A stretch of 64,000 bases of DNA, taken from positions 225,868,001 to 225,932,000 of the forward strand of contig NC_058368.1 of the NCBI RefSeq assembly GCF_018350175.1, written 5' to 3'. Source of the stretch: Felis catus (taxonomy: Eukaryota). This document shows, in pieces, positions 1 through 13,780 of the stretch. The position numbers were made by a program, and so were the translations under genes. Numbering within the stretch: the stretch's first letter is position 1; each line of letters begins with the position of its first letter. The notes below the pieces were generated by a model, which searched no databases, had not been told where the DNA came from, and was given only the letters and a program-made list of their open reading frames with translations.

Positions 1-442
1 ATGTTAAAATCTGTAACTGGATATTGACTGACCTTTCTAAGAAAAATTTGACAGGAATTAACATCAACAGATGTTCTCTACCGCAGAGAGCATGAGACCG
101 TTAGTCACTAGCCGAGAATGAAAAGCTACGTCGGGCTCGCGGCCAAGGCGTATTTATAGGTGTGATGGTAGAAGCGGCCGTATGTCATGGTTGGTAGGGG
201 ACAATTTAGGCTCTAACTGATCCTTTTTAAAAAGTTTGCCGATAAGGGATACTGACGTAGTCAACTTCCCGAAAAATATTGTTTGGCTTCCATTTGTAAC
301 TCCTATGAATAAAAATAAAATCAAAGAGTGTGAAATAAGGTATATTCTCCAGAGGTAGTGCGACAGAATCCTTCTATCCATCTTTGGAGGTGAGTATTGC
401 AGTATGAGTTCCTGGAGATGTGGAAAATCTAAAAAGTGATTA

Positions 443-445
<3 letters not shown>

Positions 446-531
<86 letters not shown>
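446..531. repeat. Compound microsatellite (GT)n(AG)n
   Basis: Directly visible dinucleotide runs; explains the spurious LSLSLS/THTHTH ORFs. Confidence 0.98.
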
Positions 532-537
<6 letters not shown>

Positions 538-2627
538 AACAATATCTGAAAATGTTCTCTAGTGACTTGAGGTTGCCCAACAAAAACAAAAAAGGGACTC
601 CTTTTCCTCTGTCCCATGTGAAGGTTGGATATTTGTTGATCTTGACATTCTGGCCCACTCAAGTTGACAGGGTCCCAGTCCTATACCCTGTGGGTGTTAC
701 AAATGCTCTCGAGTCCTGTGAGGGTCATGTCTGCAGGAGGCGCTCGTGGATTCAGGGATCCCCATGGAGAAGTCAAATATTAGGACCCGCGTTTTGCCAG
801 GAGGAATTCTACACAAACCACTGATTTCCAGTTTAGAATGCTTCTTGGAATAAAGGAGACATACTTCCCCTAATTGCCTAATTTTGAAGACAGTTTGCAA
901 GAACTGTCCATCGCATGAACAATGAACTTCTCCATTTGCAAGAAAAAGAATCGAAAACTATTCCATATAAATGAAAGTTGGTTTCCAAATTTTTAGGGCT
1001 TTTTGTCGATTATTTTGTATATTTTTATGTGTCTAAGGGAATACATGCTAATTGTTGCTGCTGTCAGGTATAGAAGCATTAAGATAAGTCCATAAAAAGC
1101 ATGCACGGTGTCGCTAAATAACCACCGCTGACTACATTTGATACTCTTTTTTTCATCTTAATTTGCATTTATTGCGTACACCCATTCATTCAATGTTTTA
1201 TCGCCTCATAGATGTCAAGTTCTGTTAGCTGCCGAAGACAGAGCCGTGCCTGTGAATTCCTTTATGGAATTGAAAGTCTAATGGGGAAGCCAACCTGACA
1301 AACATAAATTACAATTGAAAATTGCTGCCAAAGACCCTTCTCATGTGAGAAGATGCCATCGCTGTCCGCAGCAGGGGCTCTGGCAGGTTGCTACCCCTTT
1401 TCCCCCTGCTGTCTCTTGGGTAAACTAGATGTTGGAGGCCCTCCAGTCCCTACCTTGCAGGTGTGGTACTGATGGCGGCCGGGCTGGGGCTCAGGTGGAG
1501 AGGACCCAGTGGGAAATGCACAGAGTGCTTAACACCTGAGAGTCTGGCCCAGGAATGCTCAGCGCGTGGTAACTGCGGACATGGTCACCATTGCCACACG
1601 CTGTGGAATCACTCTGTGGGACCTGAACTAGAAACAGCTGACGTGGTGGAGACGGAAGACAGGCATCTGAACCCCTGGGTCCTCAGTTTCACCTGGGAAC
1701 CAGAGCTGCGTTTCAGAAGTTTTATTTCGGCGGCTTGGCATTTAGGGGTTCCAGATCTTTCGCTTGTTACTCCTCTACTGTTGTTTCCTCCTCATCTTTG
1801 CAATGACCCCCGTCTTCCAGTCCAGAGTGTTCGTCCTGCATCTCACTGCACATTAGGAGCATTCTCAGTTTCATGCAGTGGGGGCCTCTTCCATTGGGGA
1901 TTAGTTCTGTGACCTTGAGCAAGGGAGTTAATGTGTCTAGGCCTCAGTGTCCTCTGCTGTGAGACAGAACTCCGTAATCTCATTCCGTCACTCTTTTGAG
2001 ATTGTTGCTTCTGCCTTATAATTTAAAATATAGTCTACTTCTCCACTGCTCCTACTGAAATATATGGCACTTTATGTTGTGTTGGAAATGCCAGAAACCA
2101 AACTGAAGTCAGCCTAAGGCAGAAGGGCCTTGGCTTCCACAGAGGGATGTCCATGGAAGGCTTTGCCTCGGGCCTTTCTCTTGGGCCTGACAGAATCAAG
2201 AACCAAAACCAGACCATTGGGAAGCATTCACGCAAGCAAGCATGCCCCCACCCTGGCCCCCTGTCCCTTCTCTGTCTCTCCACCCACCCTGGGTTGGGTT
2301 GCCTTGCCTGTGTCTCGTTGCTAGCGACCTCCTCAACTCTAAATATGTGAAGGAACTCCCGAAATATGTGAAGGAATTTCAAGTTTGAGATATTAAGAAA
2401 TCTATTTTTTTTTGCTTTAGAAAAATAACTTCCAGTTATAAAAAATATTTTGACTTAAGCTCCCTGGAATATGCTAGAAAGATCCATTGTCCTGTAAAGT
2501 ATACACTAATGGAAAGGCGGTCTTAGATTCTCCTCGCTCATCCAATCCCCAACTGTGTTTTAAGTTCTGTTTTTCTCCCCAATGGCCCTAGATGCAAGTA
2601 AATATCATTTTATAAAGGTGAGTTTTC

Positions 2628-2631
2628 TGTG

Positions 2632-2662
<31 letters not shown>
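2628..2662. repeat. (TG)n microsatellite
   Basis: Directly visible. Confidence 0.95.
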
Positions 2663-3184
2663 ATTATTTTGAGGTCCCATGTAAACTTTCACTTACTGGT
2701 TGGGGCTGTGCCTTAGGCATCACTAAAACCCCGGAGCTGGGAACAGCATCTAACAACATGCCCTGTACTCCGTGCGTGTTTAGGGAAATGAACGGAAAGG
2801 AAATGGTGCAGAGAGAGGTTATGTGCACTCTGCCAAAGATCCATTTGTTCAGCGTTATATATTCTAGTGCTCAGAGACTCTTTGGGCAGAAGAGATGAAA
2901 CCAGCTGCTAGCACATGCTCTTACTGAATTGCGATCTATTTTTAAAGAGCATAGGAGTGTCACATCTCTGTCTTCTAGAACCCCCTAATGGAGGAGCCTG
3001 TGTGCTGCATTCTAAAATTCAGGTGCCTTCAGATTTCATGTCTGTGGCCATTAACCTCTACAGAGACAAATTTGACTTTTAATACAAAATGTCGACATTA
3101 TTTTTTATTGAGATATATATTGACCACGTGAGTTGTTCAGCTCTTAACAAAAATTCACCACTTTATATTTCTACACATGACACA

Positions 3185-3560
3185 GTGAGATTACTTTAAA
3201 ATCAGTTTGATCCTTTTGGAGCTTGCGTTTAAGGCTTTTATGGTCAGAGCAGCCTTTAGAGAAGACTAATTATTCTGCCACTGATGCAAGACCCTTCTGA
3301 GTATTCTACCCGACGTCTGTGACTTCTGAGGTTTTCCACTCTGGTTAGTGAGACCAGGCGTGATTCCCGGTCCAGGACCCAGGAGCCTGCTCCCCCTCAT
3401 CCCTTCTGATGGCGTGTTCCTCCTCATGCACGTGTACCATAGCCCTCAGCTGAAGACCAGGACCCCCGTACATGGCCAACATTCTTTCTGCAGGCTGGAC
3501 TCCCCCACACTCTCTCCTGCCATCTCCAGCCTCTTTGGTCTTGGATCCCCAATATTTCAT
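3185..3560 (-). mobile_element. Old L1 5'-region fragment
   Basis: Resembles antisense ancient L1M 5' sequence (cagtttgatcctttt...gagcagcctttag...ggttttccactctgg); from memory. Confidence 0.5.
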
Positions 3561-6478
3561 CTTGCCTAAAGCAAATTCTCCTCTTGTCTCTGTTTTTGAA
3601 CCAGGATTTCTATGTAACTTTCTCATGGGGGTATTTCTTGCAGTGGTGCTTTGGGTTAGAAATAGCTGCCTCTGAACCACTTGGGACACTTACTAAAAAT
3701 GTAGATTTCTGAGCTTTTTACCCCAGGCCTGCTATTTATACAGTGCCCTACGGGTTCACACACACTCAGTGTGGGAACTGTCTAAAGGGATTAATTTGGC
3801 CAGATCTTAATCGATTTCTAATAAGGATATGAAGGCCGAAAGAATGGCAGAAAGAAGGATATTGGCTTTAAATTCTACTAGGAAGCTTCAGCTCCCTTCT
3901 GTGACAAAGTGAGGCTGCTTGTCTAAGGAGCCATCTTCCTCATTTTTATTCTCCTTAGACTTTCGCAGGCAGGTAAAACCATAAATTCTTCAGCTGCTGA
4001 AAAAGCACTTCACACCTGGCTTAGGGTTCTTTGGCAAATAATTGCTTACCTTGCCCATGCAGAATGTCCTTTGTTAAAAATCCGCCCTTTAGTTTTTGTT
4101 ATTTGGAAGGAGATGGTAACTAAATGGAATCTGCCAGGGCCTTAGCTTGGGTACCTTTTCTTGAAAGCACTGCACGTCTGCAGATCCTTGGGCAAAGCCC
4201 ATTTGAAAGCCATGAGGGGACAGGGAAGCCACTTGAACTGGATCCACCAAGAGGATGGGAAGCTGGGGAGAACGGTCATGAGGGAGGGACTCTTAACTGA
4301 TCCTTATCTTGTGGCTGGAACATGCAGCAGTTTCACTCCTTAAGGGGGGCATGAGTGACAGAGAAAGCTGGAAGACAGCTGGGAGTCAGGTGGGGGCTGG
4401 GGAGGAAGGACCAAGGAACCTTACTGGAAAATGCATGTTCTCTCTCAAACTAAAGGGGAAAGAGATAAACCCTGGAATCTTATACTGAAGCCATTGGTAA
4501 TTAATTTTCTCCCTTGGATGAGCTTCAGTCTTAGAAGACTTACACTCTTGGGTTAAGAATTCAGTAAAGCCTCAAATTGTTTTTAAACCTCTGTTTTTGT
4601 TAGTTGGGCCTTACATTGCGTGCTGATCAGCGCCAAGGATGGTGGGAAGACAGCCACACACCATGTAAAAGATCTGTTTCCCCAGCATCATCCAATATTC
4701 ACAGGAGATCCTTTCTCTGGCCATGTGTTTTCCAGATGAGGCTCTCCAGGAAAACCTAGAGTTTCATTATGTAGCAACTCTGTGTGTACGTGTACATCAT
4801 CTGTGTTCAAACATCAGCCAACCGCTAAGCATGAATCTTAGTCTCTGCTAAGTATTTGGATTCTGCACAGGAAGTGTTCTTTTTTCCTGGAAAGGGTGGG
4901 TCCTCACGATGCCGTGTTGATATTGGTCAGTCACACCTCATTCCTCTCTACTCTGGAAAAGAGTGAGGGGGAACATAGAATGTTCCTCCTTGTTCTAAAT
5001 TACATGTCGTCTCTTCAAGGGAGGTCACTGGATTTACCCAGTCTTTGAAGAGGGCACATGTTTTAAAGGAACAAGAACTACTAGAAATCAGGAGTCTTGG
5101 CCACAGGTCATGACTCTGCCCCAAACTAGCTGAGAAGACTTGGGTTTCACTTTCCTCATCTGCACAATAAGACTTTGAAAAGCTGACATTAAGTGCCCCG
5201 TTTCATTCTAAATTTTATTACTATATTAGATATTCAGTTATACATTATGTAGCTGTGTTACCTAAACTGAAATTTGGTGACATGACATCCATTAATGGTA
5301 GACTATATATAATGGAAGACAGTAGAAATGTATGTTCCAGTGGTACTCAGGAGTACTCGCTAGACATTTTCAAACTATTATGAAATTCCAAGAGAGTAAC
5401 TCTTCTGGGTGCATGTTTCATTTAAAGAAGAGTGGAGTGGTATCTCTTCTTAGCTTTTGGTTTGGATATTTTTAAAATCATACATATTTCCACCAAATTT
5501 TAGTCAGCATAACCTATACATTTTTTCCTCATTTATTCTTTTCACAACCTATTTGGTTAGATAATATTTTCATGTTTTACACAATAGATTTCTCATTTCT
5601 GTTTGTGATTGTAACAATAATTCACAAATATCAATTGGAATTATTTAAGGTTATTATGTTAATACAAATATAAATAACCATGGAATTTATTGCCCTAAAA
5701 TATTGTCACATAAGCCTTTTTTCCAAAGGGGAGGCAGTTTAATAAAAGTGTCCTTGTATGGCTATGGAAAATATTTGCAAGTTGAATATTCTTTTTTTTT
5801 TTTTCTCCTCACCAAGTAGACACAGAGAGGGACAGGGCTACGGGTACTCAGTTTGTGTTGGTTTAGAATAGCAAACACACTGAGTATAATGTAAGACCAA
5901 GGGGGAATTTGATAACTTTTAATTGAAGAAATGAATAAGGTAGTGGATGAACGGATACTGAGTTTTATTCATATCCACCTGAATCCCACTAGGAAAATAG
6001 GTAAGATCCTTACATGTAAGACAAAATTTTCAGTTAAGTCATTGTGATATGTATTAAGCACCTTAAACTGTATGAAGACTTCACCATAACATTATTTCTA
6101 TAGAGATAATTTAGGTAATTTTAGTTAATTTAGTATTAGACTAGGCTCCTTTCCAATTTTAGGATATTTACTTACTAGAATAGCGAAAACTGTACAGAAA
6201 TGTTATGTCACTTCTGAGATATGAATCCTAAAGGCAGTATTAGAACAGGGTTTCAGCATCTATAAAGTACAACTTACTCAAAAACTATTTTTTATGGCTT
6301 TTGCTAGCAGAAATATTGCTTCACAAATAAACTCAGGCAAAAACTTAAGTAACATTTTTATTTTGACTATGGAATGTGAAGTGAGATATACTCATTAGAA
6401 TGTTATTCATTAAATAAAAAGCATGATTATACATTTAAGTATCAACAAATTTTCAAGTAAAGGCCATGTATGTATACA

Positions 6479-6480
<2 letters not shown>

Positions 6481-6526
<46 letters not shown>
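6481..6526. repeat. (TG)n microsatellite
   Basis: Directly visible. Confidence 0.97.
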
Positions 6527-6528
<2 letters not shown>

Positions 6529-6529
6529 G

Positions 6530-6890
6530 CTTAAAGGACAGTAGTAAGTCAAGTTTGCATGTAACCTTCATCTAAGTTAAGAAATAGAACGTGACCAATA
6601 CCCAAGAAGCTCCCATGTGTCCTGCTGGTCACAATCCCTACCTACCCCACACATCCCATGCCTTAGGTAACCACTTTCCTGAATCTTTTTTTTTTTTTAA
6701 ATCATTTCCTTGCCTAAATAATGTTTTAGCTAGAACGATTTTGAGCTTTATATAAATGAAATAATATCGTATGTTATTCTGCGATTGTCTTCTCAACATT
6801 ATGATGCTGAGGTTCATATATAAACAGAGTTCATTCATTTCCAGTGCTATTTCACCTTTCATTGCTTGAGCACAACTCACTTTATCTGTT
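6530..6890 (-). mobile_element. Old L1M 3' fragment
   Basis: Antisense L1 3' motifs (taaccactttcctga, ttctcaacattatg...gaggttcat, ttcattcattt). Confidence 0.55.
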
Positions 6891-7193
6891 CATTATCCTA
6901 TATAAATACAAAAATATATTTTAAGTTTGATTCAAAATATGAAATGTTCATTCATTCCATTTGAATCATTAAGAGAATGATAAACCGTTTCGTTGTAAGT
7001 TTTTCATTCATTTTTGTTAGAATTATATTTGCCAAACTGCTCAACCAAATCTTTAAATACTAAATATGCGTGGGGAACAGAAATGAAAGTCTTTATTTCT
7101 GTCAACTGTATGGCCCCAGCAAAACAGAGCGTGGCCTAGCCTAGCCAATTTGCAATAGATTGTTCTCAGAAAGGAGGCCACAGTTTAATAATC

Positions 7194-7416
7194 TTTTTTT
7201 TTAAATTTTTTTTAATGTTTATTTATTTTTGAGACAGAGAGAGACAGAGCATGAACGGGGGAGGGGCAGAGAGAGAGGGAGACACAGAATTGGAAGCAGG
7301 CTCCAGGCTCTGAGCCATCAGCCCAGAGCCTGACGCGGGGCTCGAACTCACGAACCGTGAGATCGTGACCCGAGCTGAAGTCGGATGCTCAACCGACTGA
7401 GCCACCCAGGCGCCCC
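7194..7416 (-). mobile_element. SINEC_Fc-type SINE
   Basis: Ends gccacccaggcgcccc, T-rich tail, TSD TTAATAATCTT on both sides. Confidence 0.95.
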
Positions 7417-9104
7417 TTAATAATCTTATTTCCTTTGCCACTTGCAGGTTTTTGCACTCCTGTATAAAATCTTTTCCCATTAAACGGGCGTATTGGCAAA
7501 ATTCTGTTACAGATAGTGGCTTCCGTGCACTTAGTGTTTCCTTTCATAGGTCTGGAATCATTCATGAGGTAGGCAAGCCTAGTGCTAGATTTGGTCACCA
7601 ATGAAAACAGACTTGCTCAATGGTGGTTCAAGAGAAGGGTAGAGTTCACGAATACATAAACCACTCTCTCCCTAACAGCTAAACGTCCTCGAAAGTTCGT
7701 TTCTAATGATAGGCAGGAAATCATTTGGCAAGTGTCTGCCTCATGGAATAGTGTCTGCCTGGAGAACTGGTGATAGCTCAGTGACTCTCTGGAAGAGCAT
7801 TAGTTGACTCTGATGGAATAAAGAGGAAGGAAAAGGAATTTTTTTTTCTTTTTTAATGCATTTCTTTATAACTTAAAATTTGTATTAAAAAAGGAAATTT
7901 AATTAATCTACAAATTGTCTTAGTGTTCAAGGTATATTAAAAAGAAATAGAACCTACATGTACACAGTCTCTGGGGAGTTGAGCATCTAAGGGCCAGGGT
8001 AGTTTTGATTTGTCTTAGGACTACTGGATTTGAATCCAGAGATCCTCTCACCCTGACTCCCCTGCAGTCATAGCTCGGATGATAGTTCACTAACAAGAAA
8101 CATTCATTTATTGCCATATCCTTAGCTCTATGGCAGCAGATTCCACAGGGTAGGTATTAGTGATTATCCATTAAATGAATGAATTTGGGGTTCCTCGATA
8201 GATTGTTTGAACTGGTATATTTTCGTGACGAGTTAGTATTGCAAGAGTGGGATTTGAACTCGATGTCATTGTATTTGAGGGAATGCCCTGTGTCTGCATG
8301 CCTTCCTCCTGGGGAGATTGTTACTGGTGTTAGCTTATTGAGGTCCCTGCCGGAAAACGAGGGCAGGGACACACAGCACATGCCTGACACAGGCGTCACA
8401 GCCAACACATTCTACCATGACGATTGGGAGAAGTTACAGTAGAAAAAGACAAGGTACTTTGAGACTCTGTTGAATTGACCAACTAGAATATATATCGAAA
8501 AGGCATTGTTGATGACGATGATGATGGTCAGAAGATGGATGCCAAAGTGTCTCTAAAAGCACTGTGGCTTCCCTATCCTTAAGGTTCAAAACATTCATAA
8601 CAGGTCCCTCAAGGCCCAGTATGATGAGGTCCTATCTCACCTTCCCAGCTTCGGGCAGCGTTATTCTTCTGGCCGACTCTGCGGGGCCACACACGGGGCC
8701 CTATGGGATGGTGTCACTATCTCCTTCTGGCTCCAGGTCTCTTCGTATGTCGTACACTGTGCTGTTTGGAACTCTTCCGAGCCCTCGGCATAAACTACTA
8801 CTAATCCAGATGTTAGCACAGAAGTGACTTCAGAGATGTCCCAAAGCCCCCACCCTATACCTCTCCCTCAGCGATCACTTCATTGTAATGGGATAATTGT
8901 GTAGTTAGTTGTTCAGCCTGTATCTCTTCTCTCAGGGCGTCAGCTTCATCCGACAGGTATCTGGCTGGTTCACCTCTGAATTTGCAGGTCGTTTCCAGAG
9001 AGCGTGCCCAATAGTAGGTGCTCCAGAAATATTTGCTGAAACAAGCAATACTGAATGGATCACCAGAAGTTCGGCTAAAACTCGTTTTCTTTTTCTCTCT
9101 TTAG

Positions 9105-9231
9105 CTGGGAAGTTATCAATTCCAACCCGGATGAAAGACCGAGGCTCAGCCACTGTATTGCAGAATCATGGATGAATTTCAGCTTATTTCTTCAAGAAAT
9201 GTCTCTTTTTAAACAGCAGAGCCCCGGCAAG
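9105..9231 (+). CDS. RETREG1: RETREG1/FAM134B internal coding exon (human exon 4 equivalent), [42 protein letters not shown]
   Basis: Pyrimidine tract plus ttag acceptor; 127 bp; recognisable reticulon-homology-region peptide; donor is GCAAGT; phase fits the next exon. Confidence 0.93.
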
Positions 9232-9590
9232 GCAAGTCTTTCAGTACAGGAGAATGACTGTGTGTGCTTTAAAATGTGCAATAAATTGGAAACGAATGAA
9301 TTAACCTAATGTACCAGCTTGTAAGGGTTCTCCAATCCTGGATATAATATGCTAGGAACACATGCCATGAAGCTGACATTAGCAAGGTTCAGAAATGTTA
9401 GTGTGTTAGCCCTAGAAAATCCTCAACTTTATATATTGAAATTGTGTTAGTTTTCTATTTTATGCATATTTATCTAACTCATTAACAAAAATGAATGATG
9501 ATTGGTCTTATGGGCCAGACTGAGGAGAAAAAAATATCTTATGAGGAATTTCAGTTTAAAAGCAGACACATTAAAAAAAAAATACATACA

Positions 9591-9816
9591 GGGGCGCCTG
9601 GGTGGCGTAGTCGGTTAAGCGTCCGACTTCAGCCAGGTCACGATCTCACGGTCCGTGAGTTCGAACCCCGCGTCGGGCTCTGGGCTGATGGCTCAGAGCC
9701 TGGAGCCTGTTTCCGATTCTGTGTCTCCCTCTCTCTCTGCCCCTCCCCCGTTCATGCTCTGTCTCTCTCTGTCCCAAAAATAAATAAAAACGTTGAAAAA
9801 AAAATTAAAAAAAAAA
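9591..9816 (+). mobile_element. Young SINEC_Fc SINE inserted at an L1 3' fragment (L1 continues to about 9985)
   Basis: ggggcgcctgggtggcg head, (CT)n, A tail, TSD aaaaaaaaaatacataca. Confidence 0.95.
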
Positions 9817-11870
9817 TACATACAATTACAGAGAACAAATTGGTGGTTGCCAGAGAAGAGGGCAGGGCGATGGGCAAAATAGGTGAACGGGATTAAGAAG
9901 TACCAGCTTCCAGTGATGAAACTCACCACTGTGTTGTACACCTGAAACTCATATAATATTGCATGTCAGTTATAATTCAATAAAAAATGTCAGTTTATAT
10001 TATGTAGGCCAGTGCTGAAGTCAGAAGGAGATGAAGTGAACAGATAGTCCTTTGAGGATGCTTTTGGAGATAACTGAGTCTCCCTTTTAGTCTAAAAAGT
10101 AGCGATTCTTGGTTTATTTAAGACTTATTTAAGAAAGAAAACCTCTGGCAAAGACACTCATAGGGATGATGTAAATGGAATGAGTGTTTTTCCAATTACG
10201 ATGCAAACCCCTGGGGAGAAGGTTCGAAAGTGGTTTGGAAGGGATTATGTGGTGCACACCTTTGGAGTACTTGGATGTGTCGAGGTGGCTTCAGCTGTGA
10301 TGGTGAGAGCATGGGTTTAAGGGCAGAACCATCAACAGAACCTTTCGCTTCTATGTCTGTGTTCGAGTTCCTTGAACCTCCGCCTGTAGTTGGAAGGAAG
10401 AGCCTAGGAATGTTGGTACAGCCATAAAATCCCTCTGGTTGTACCATGTATGGGCAGTCTCTTAACTTCAGTAGTATTGAGTAATAGAATTATGTTTAGA
10501 CATATTTTGAGCATATTAAAATGGCAATATTGTATATGCATGGATTTTTTTTTTAATCACTGAAGGTAATTCTTAGAATAGATACTCATGTGGTGGCGAG
10601 GGAGAGTTGCATTTTTGATGATTATTGATCATCAAATCATCAAAATCACTGACATGATTAAACACATTTTTAGAAGATTCTGAACGTAAAATTTGTGGGT
10701 TGGATTGTCCTAATGTGCTCTTAAGTCAGTTGGCTTAACATGATGATGTTACAAATCTAGTGGATAGTATGAAATCTCTTTCTGAAACTGAATTCTCGAT
10801 ACGGTCATGCTTTCATAGACTTATTCTTTCAACTTTTATGGTCTTTCCTCTTCCATTTTGCTATGAGAATTCCGTATTCTTCAACGGCCTTGCTGCTTCA
10901 GAAACAGCTCCTAATTTTGTTGCGTAAGCGCCTCTGTTCTTTTGACTAGTGAATTTATTAACCCAATGCCAAAGAATGGAAAATCAAAGTTAATCTGAAT
11001 TTTAGACCCCCTCAGTGTCAATCAGTTACTGATCGGAGTTATGTATCCTTTCCTTATATGGCTTTTTGAAATTCCCTTAATTTTGCTTCCCAGTTTAATG
11101 CTGTAACTTAAAGATGAATCAAAGGAAGAAAGATAGTTTATTTTTAAGAGTAGGATGAGGAAAACCTGTGAAGGGCTTTATAGGAGCATTTTTATCATGA
11201 TGTTTAAATTTGTTAAAACAACCAAGATTTTGTTGGTCCTAACTGACAGAGAGAAGGAAATGAAGCACATTTCACTTAGGGAATTTCATTTCATTCCCAG
11301 CTGGTTTCTAAGTAACCTAGAAATGGGGTCAATCTGCGGGATGGATATGGTTAGGAAGGAGGATAGTAATGGCCAGTGGATTCATCCCAGCTGCTTATCA
11401 GCTGTGCAAATTATATTTATGTAAGTGCCTCTAATTTCTGTAATATTTTGCTGTGTTTATGAATTTTGATGAGCTTATAGAAGTAGTTTGAACTTGCAAG
11501 TTTATTTGCCAGTCTGCATTATTTTCAGTGACTGATCCCGAGTAAAAAAAAGTTTCTGGGGACATACTACTCTTCAGTTCTCTTGCATCTGGCAGGAAGA
11601 GAGCCACAGGGATGATTAATGGGAGATGTTCTCGGTGCCAGAAACGAGCTTCTAGAACCTCAAAATGATGGTTACTAAGTGTTAAAGTGGACTGAGGCTG
11701 GTTGAACACAGCAGTCATTTGTCAGACCCGAGTACAAAAGAACACGGTTTGAACAACGTTTGCCGTAATGGGACAGATCGCATATAGATAACTAATTGGG
11801 TGTGTATCCTGTCCTCTAAAAGGTCTGGGAGTTCTGTATAACTGTCACATGTTGTTTCTATCATTTCTAG

Positions 11871-11955
11871 TTTTGTCTCCTGGTCTGCAGTGTGTGCACA
11901 TTTTTTACGGTCTTGGGAAGTTACATTCCTGGGGTTATACTCAGCTATCTACTGT
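11871..11955 (+). CDS. RETREG1: RETREG1 coding exon, [28 protein letters not shown]
   Basis: ttctag acceptor, gtaagt donor, 85 bp, hydrophobic RHD hairpin segment. Confidence 0.95.
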
Positions 11956-12129
11956 GTAAGTATAGTAGAACATTCGGCTGATTTATGTGATGCATATGGT
12001 ATCATTTAATGGCCAGCAGGACCTTCCATAGTTTGGAAGAGGAGGGATGAGTTTTTAATTATAAAGCACATGGGTCCTTCTTTAAGTTCCTGCTGTAAAA
12101 GGTTTTTCCTTTTCCTAGAGACCTGTACT

Positions 12130-12745
12130 GGTAGGGGGGTAGGTACAATGGCACAGCCAGTTTGGGTAACAGTCTGGCAATTTCTTAAAAACTGTACGTG
12201 ATCCAGCTATTCCACAGCCAGGTAATTACCCAGGAGAAATGAAAGTATATATTTACGCAAAGACTCGTATGCACATGTTCACAGCACCCGTATTTGTAGT
12301 AGCCAAAAACAGAACACAGTCCTTACGTCCACCCATAGAGGCATGGGTAAACAACCTGTGGCATAGCCATTCAGTGACCACTCAGCACTAATACGTTGAT
12401 GTATGCCACAGTCTGGCTAAATCTCAAAATAATTAGATCGAGTGGGAAAAAGTCAGGTAAAAAAGAACATTTACTGTATGATTCCATTTATGCATAACTC
12501 AAACTAATCTTCAGCGGCAAAGCACACAGAGGGTTGCCCAGGGAGGAGGAGGGAGGGAAAGGCAGGGGAAGGATAAATGAATAGGAAGATGAGGAAACTT
12601 CAGGGGGTGATGGATATGTTCACTATCTTCATTGTGGTGATGGTTTCTTAGTTGTATGCGTATGGCAAAATGTGTCCGACTGTATACTTTAAATATGGAC
12701 AATTTATTGTATGTCAAATACAACTCCAAAATGCTGTAAAAAAGT
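12130..12745 (+). mobile_element. Old L1M 3' end fragment
   Basis: L1 3' motifs (cccaggagaaatgaaagtatat, tgtatgattccattta, ggggtgatggatatgttcactatct). Confidence 0.75.
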
Positions 12746-13642
12746 ATAGATTTCCAGCTTGGCTTGGAAAATATGATCTGGTGCTGCCACCTTGAGATGG
12801 GACAGGCACTCTCCCTTTAACTAACCCTCATATTTCCCTATTTTTCTTACACCGGCTTTTAAAATGTACATATACTTCCTTGGCTTCTAGTGATATTGGA
12901 GTTTGCAACTCCTATTTAAAAGGTAAATGGGCACATTTTCTAACAACAACAAAGAAATAAACACCAGGGAATACAATACATTCACTGTGTCCATCTTCGT
13001 TTCTTTTTGTATTCCTGGTGCATAACACCCACGGCAGCTGATCCAAGCTTACATCCATTCTCCCACGTGGAACTCATGTACATATCAGCCCTTGATCTGC
13101 CTTGTTTAGGAAGTAAAGGAACAAAGAGCCGGGGAAGGAGAGTCTGATATGGGCAAGGCATTATTCAGATGGTTCGCATTGGCCTCATTTATTCTCACAA
13201 AGCCCTAACAGATGTTACTATCCCAATATTACTGATGAGAGGCTGATAGATAATAACTTTCCTGTAGTGAAATGGCTTATTTAACAAATAAGTAGAATGG
13301 AGATTTTAATCCAGGACTGTTGTCAAGAAAGCATGTAAGCTTTGTGTAATTGTTGAGGCTGAAAGAATTGAAAGGAGGAAGTTGATACGATAGCAAGTCT
13401 TTGAAAACAATGACCTTAAGCATAGTGTGGGTATGCACGCACGTGCACACGCGCACAGGAGAAAATGTTTTCATTGTGGGAGGAAGAATACAAATGATGA
13501 GCTTACTTCACAGAAGCATTTCTCGAAGTAAAACACTTGCATTTGTCAGTAAGGAAACTGAAATATTTTTGTGAAATACTAAGATGTAGCCTTTTGAAAG
13601 GAAGGCCATCTTACCTACGTTCTCTTCCCTCTTATGTTTCAG

Positions 13643-13780
13643 TATTGTGTGCATTTTTGTGTCCACTGTTTAAGTGTAATGATATTGGACAAAAAATATA
13701 CAGCAAAATCAAGTCAGTTCTGCTGAAACTAGATTTTGGAATTGGAGAATATATTAATCAGAAGAAACGTAAGAGATCTG
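13643..13780 (+). CDS. RETREG1: RETREG1 coding exon, [45 protein letters not shown]
   Basis: tttcag acceptor, gtaggt donor, 138 bp, frame-consistent. Confidence 0.95.

Noticed and set aside
1..9104. Upstream RETREG1 exons or the alternative first exon of the short isoform
   Set aside because: No sequence recognisable as those exons; they probably lie upstream of the window.
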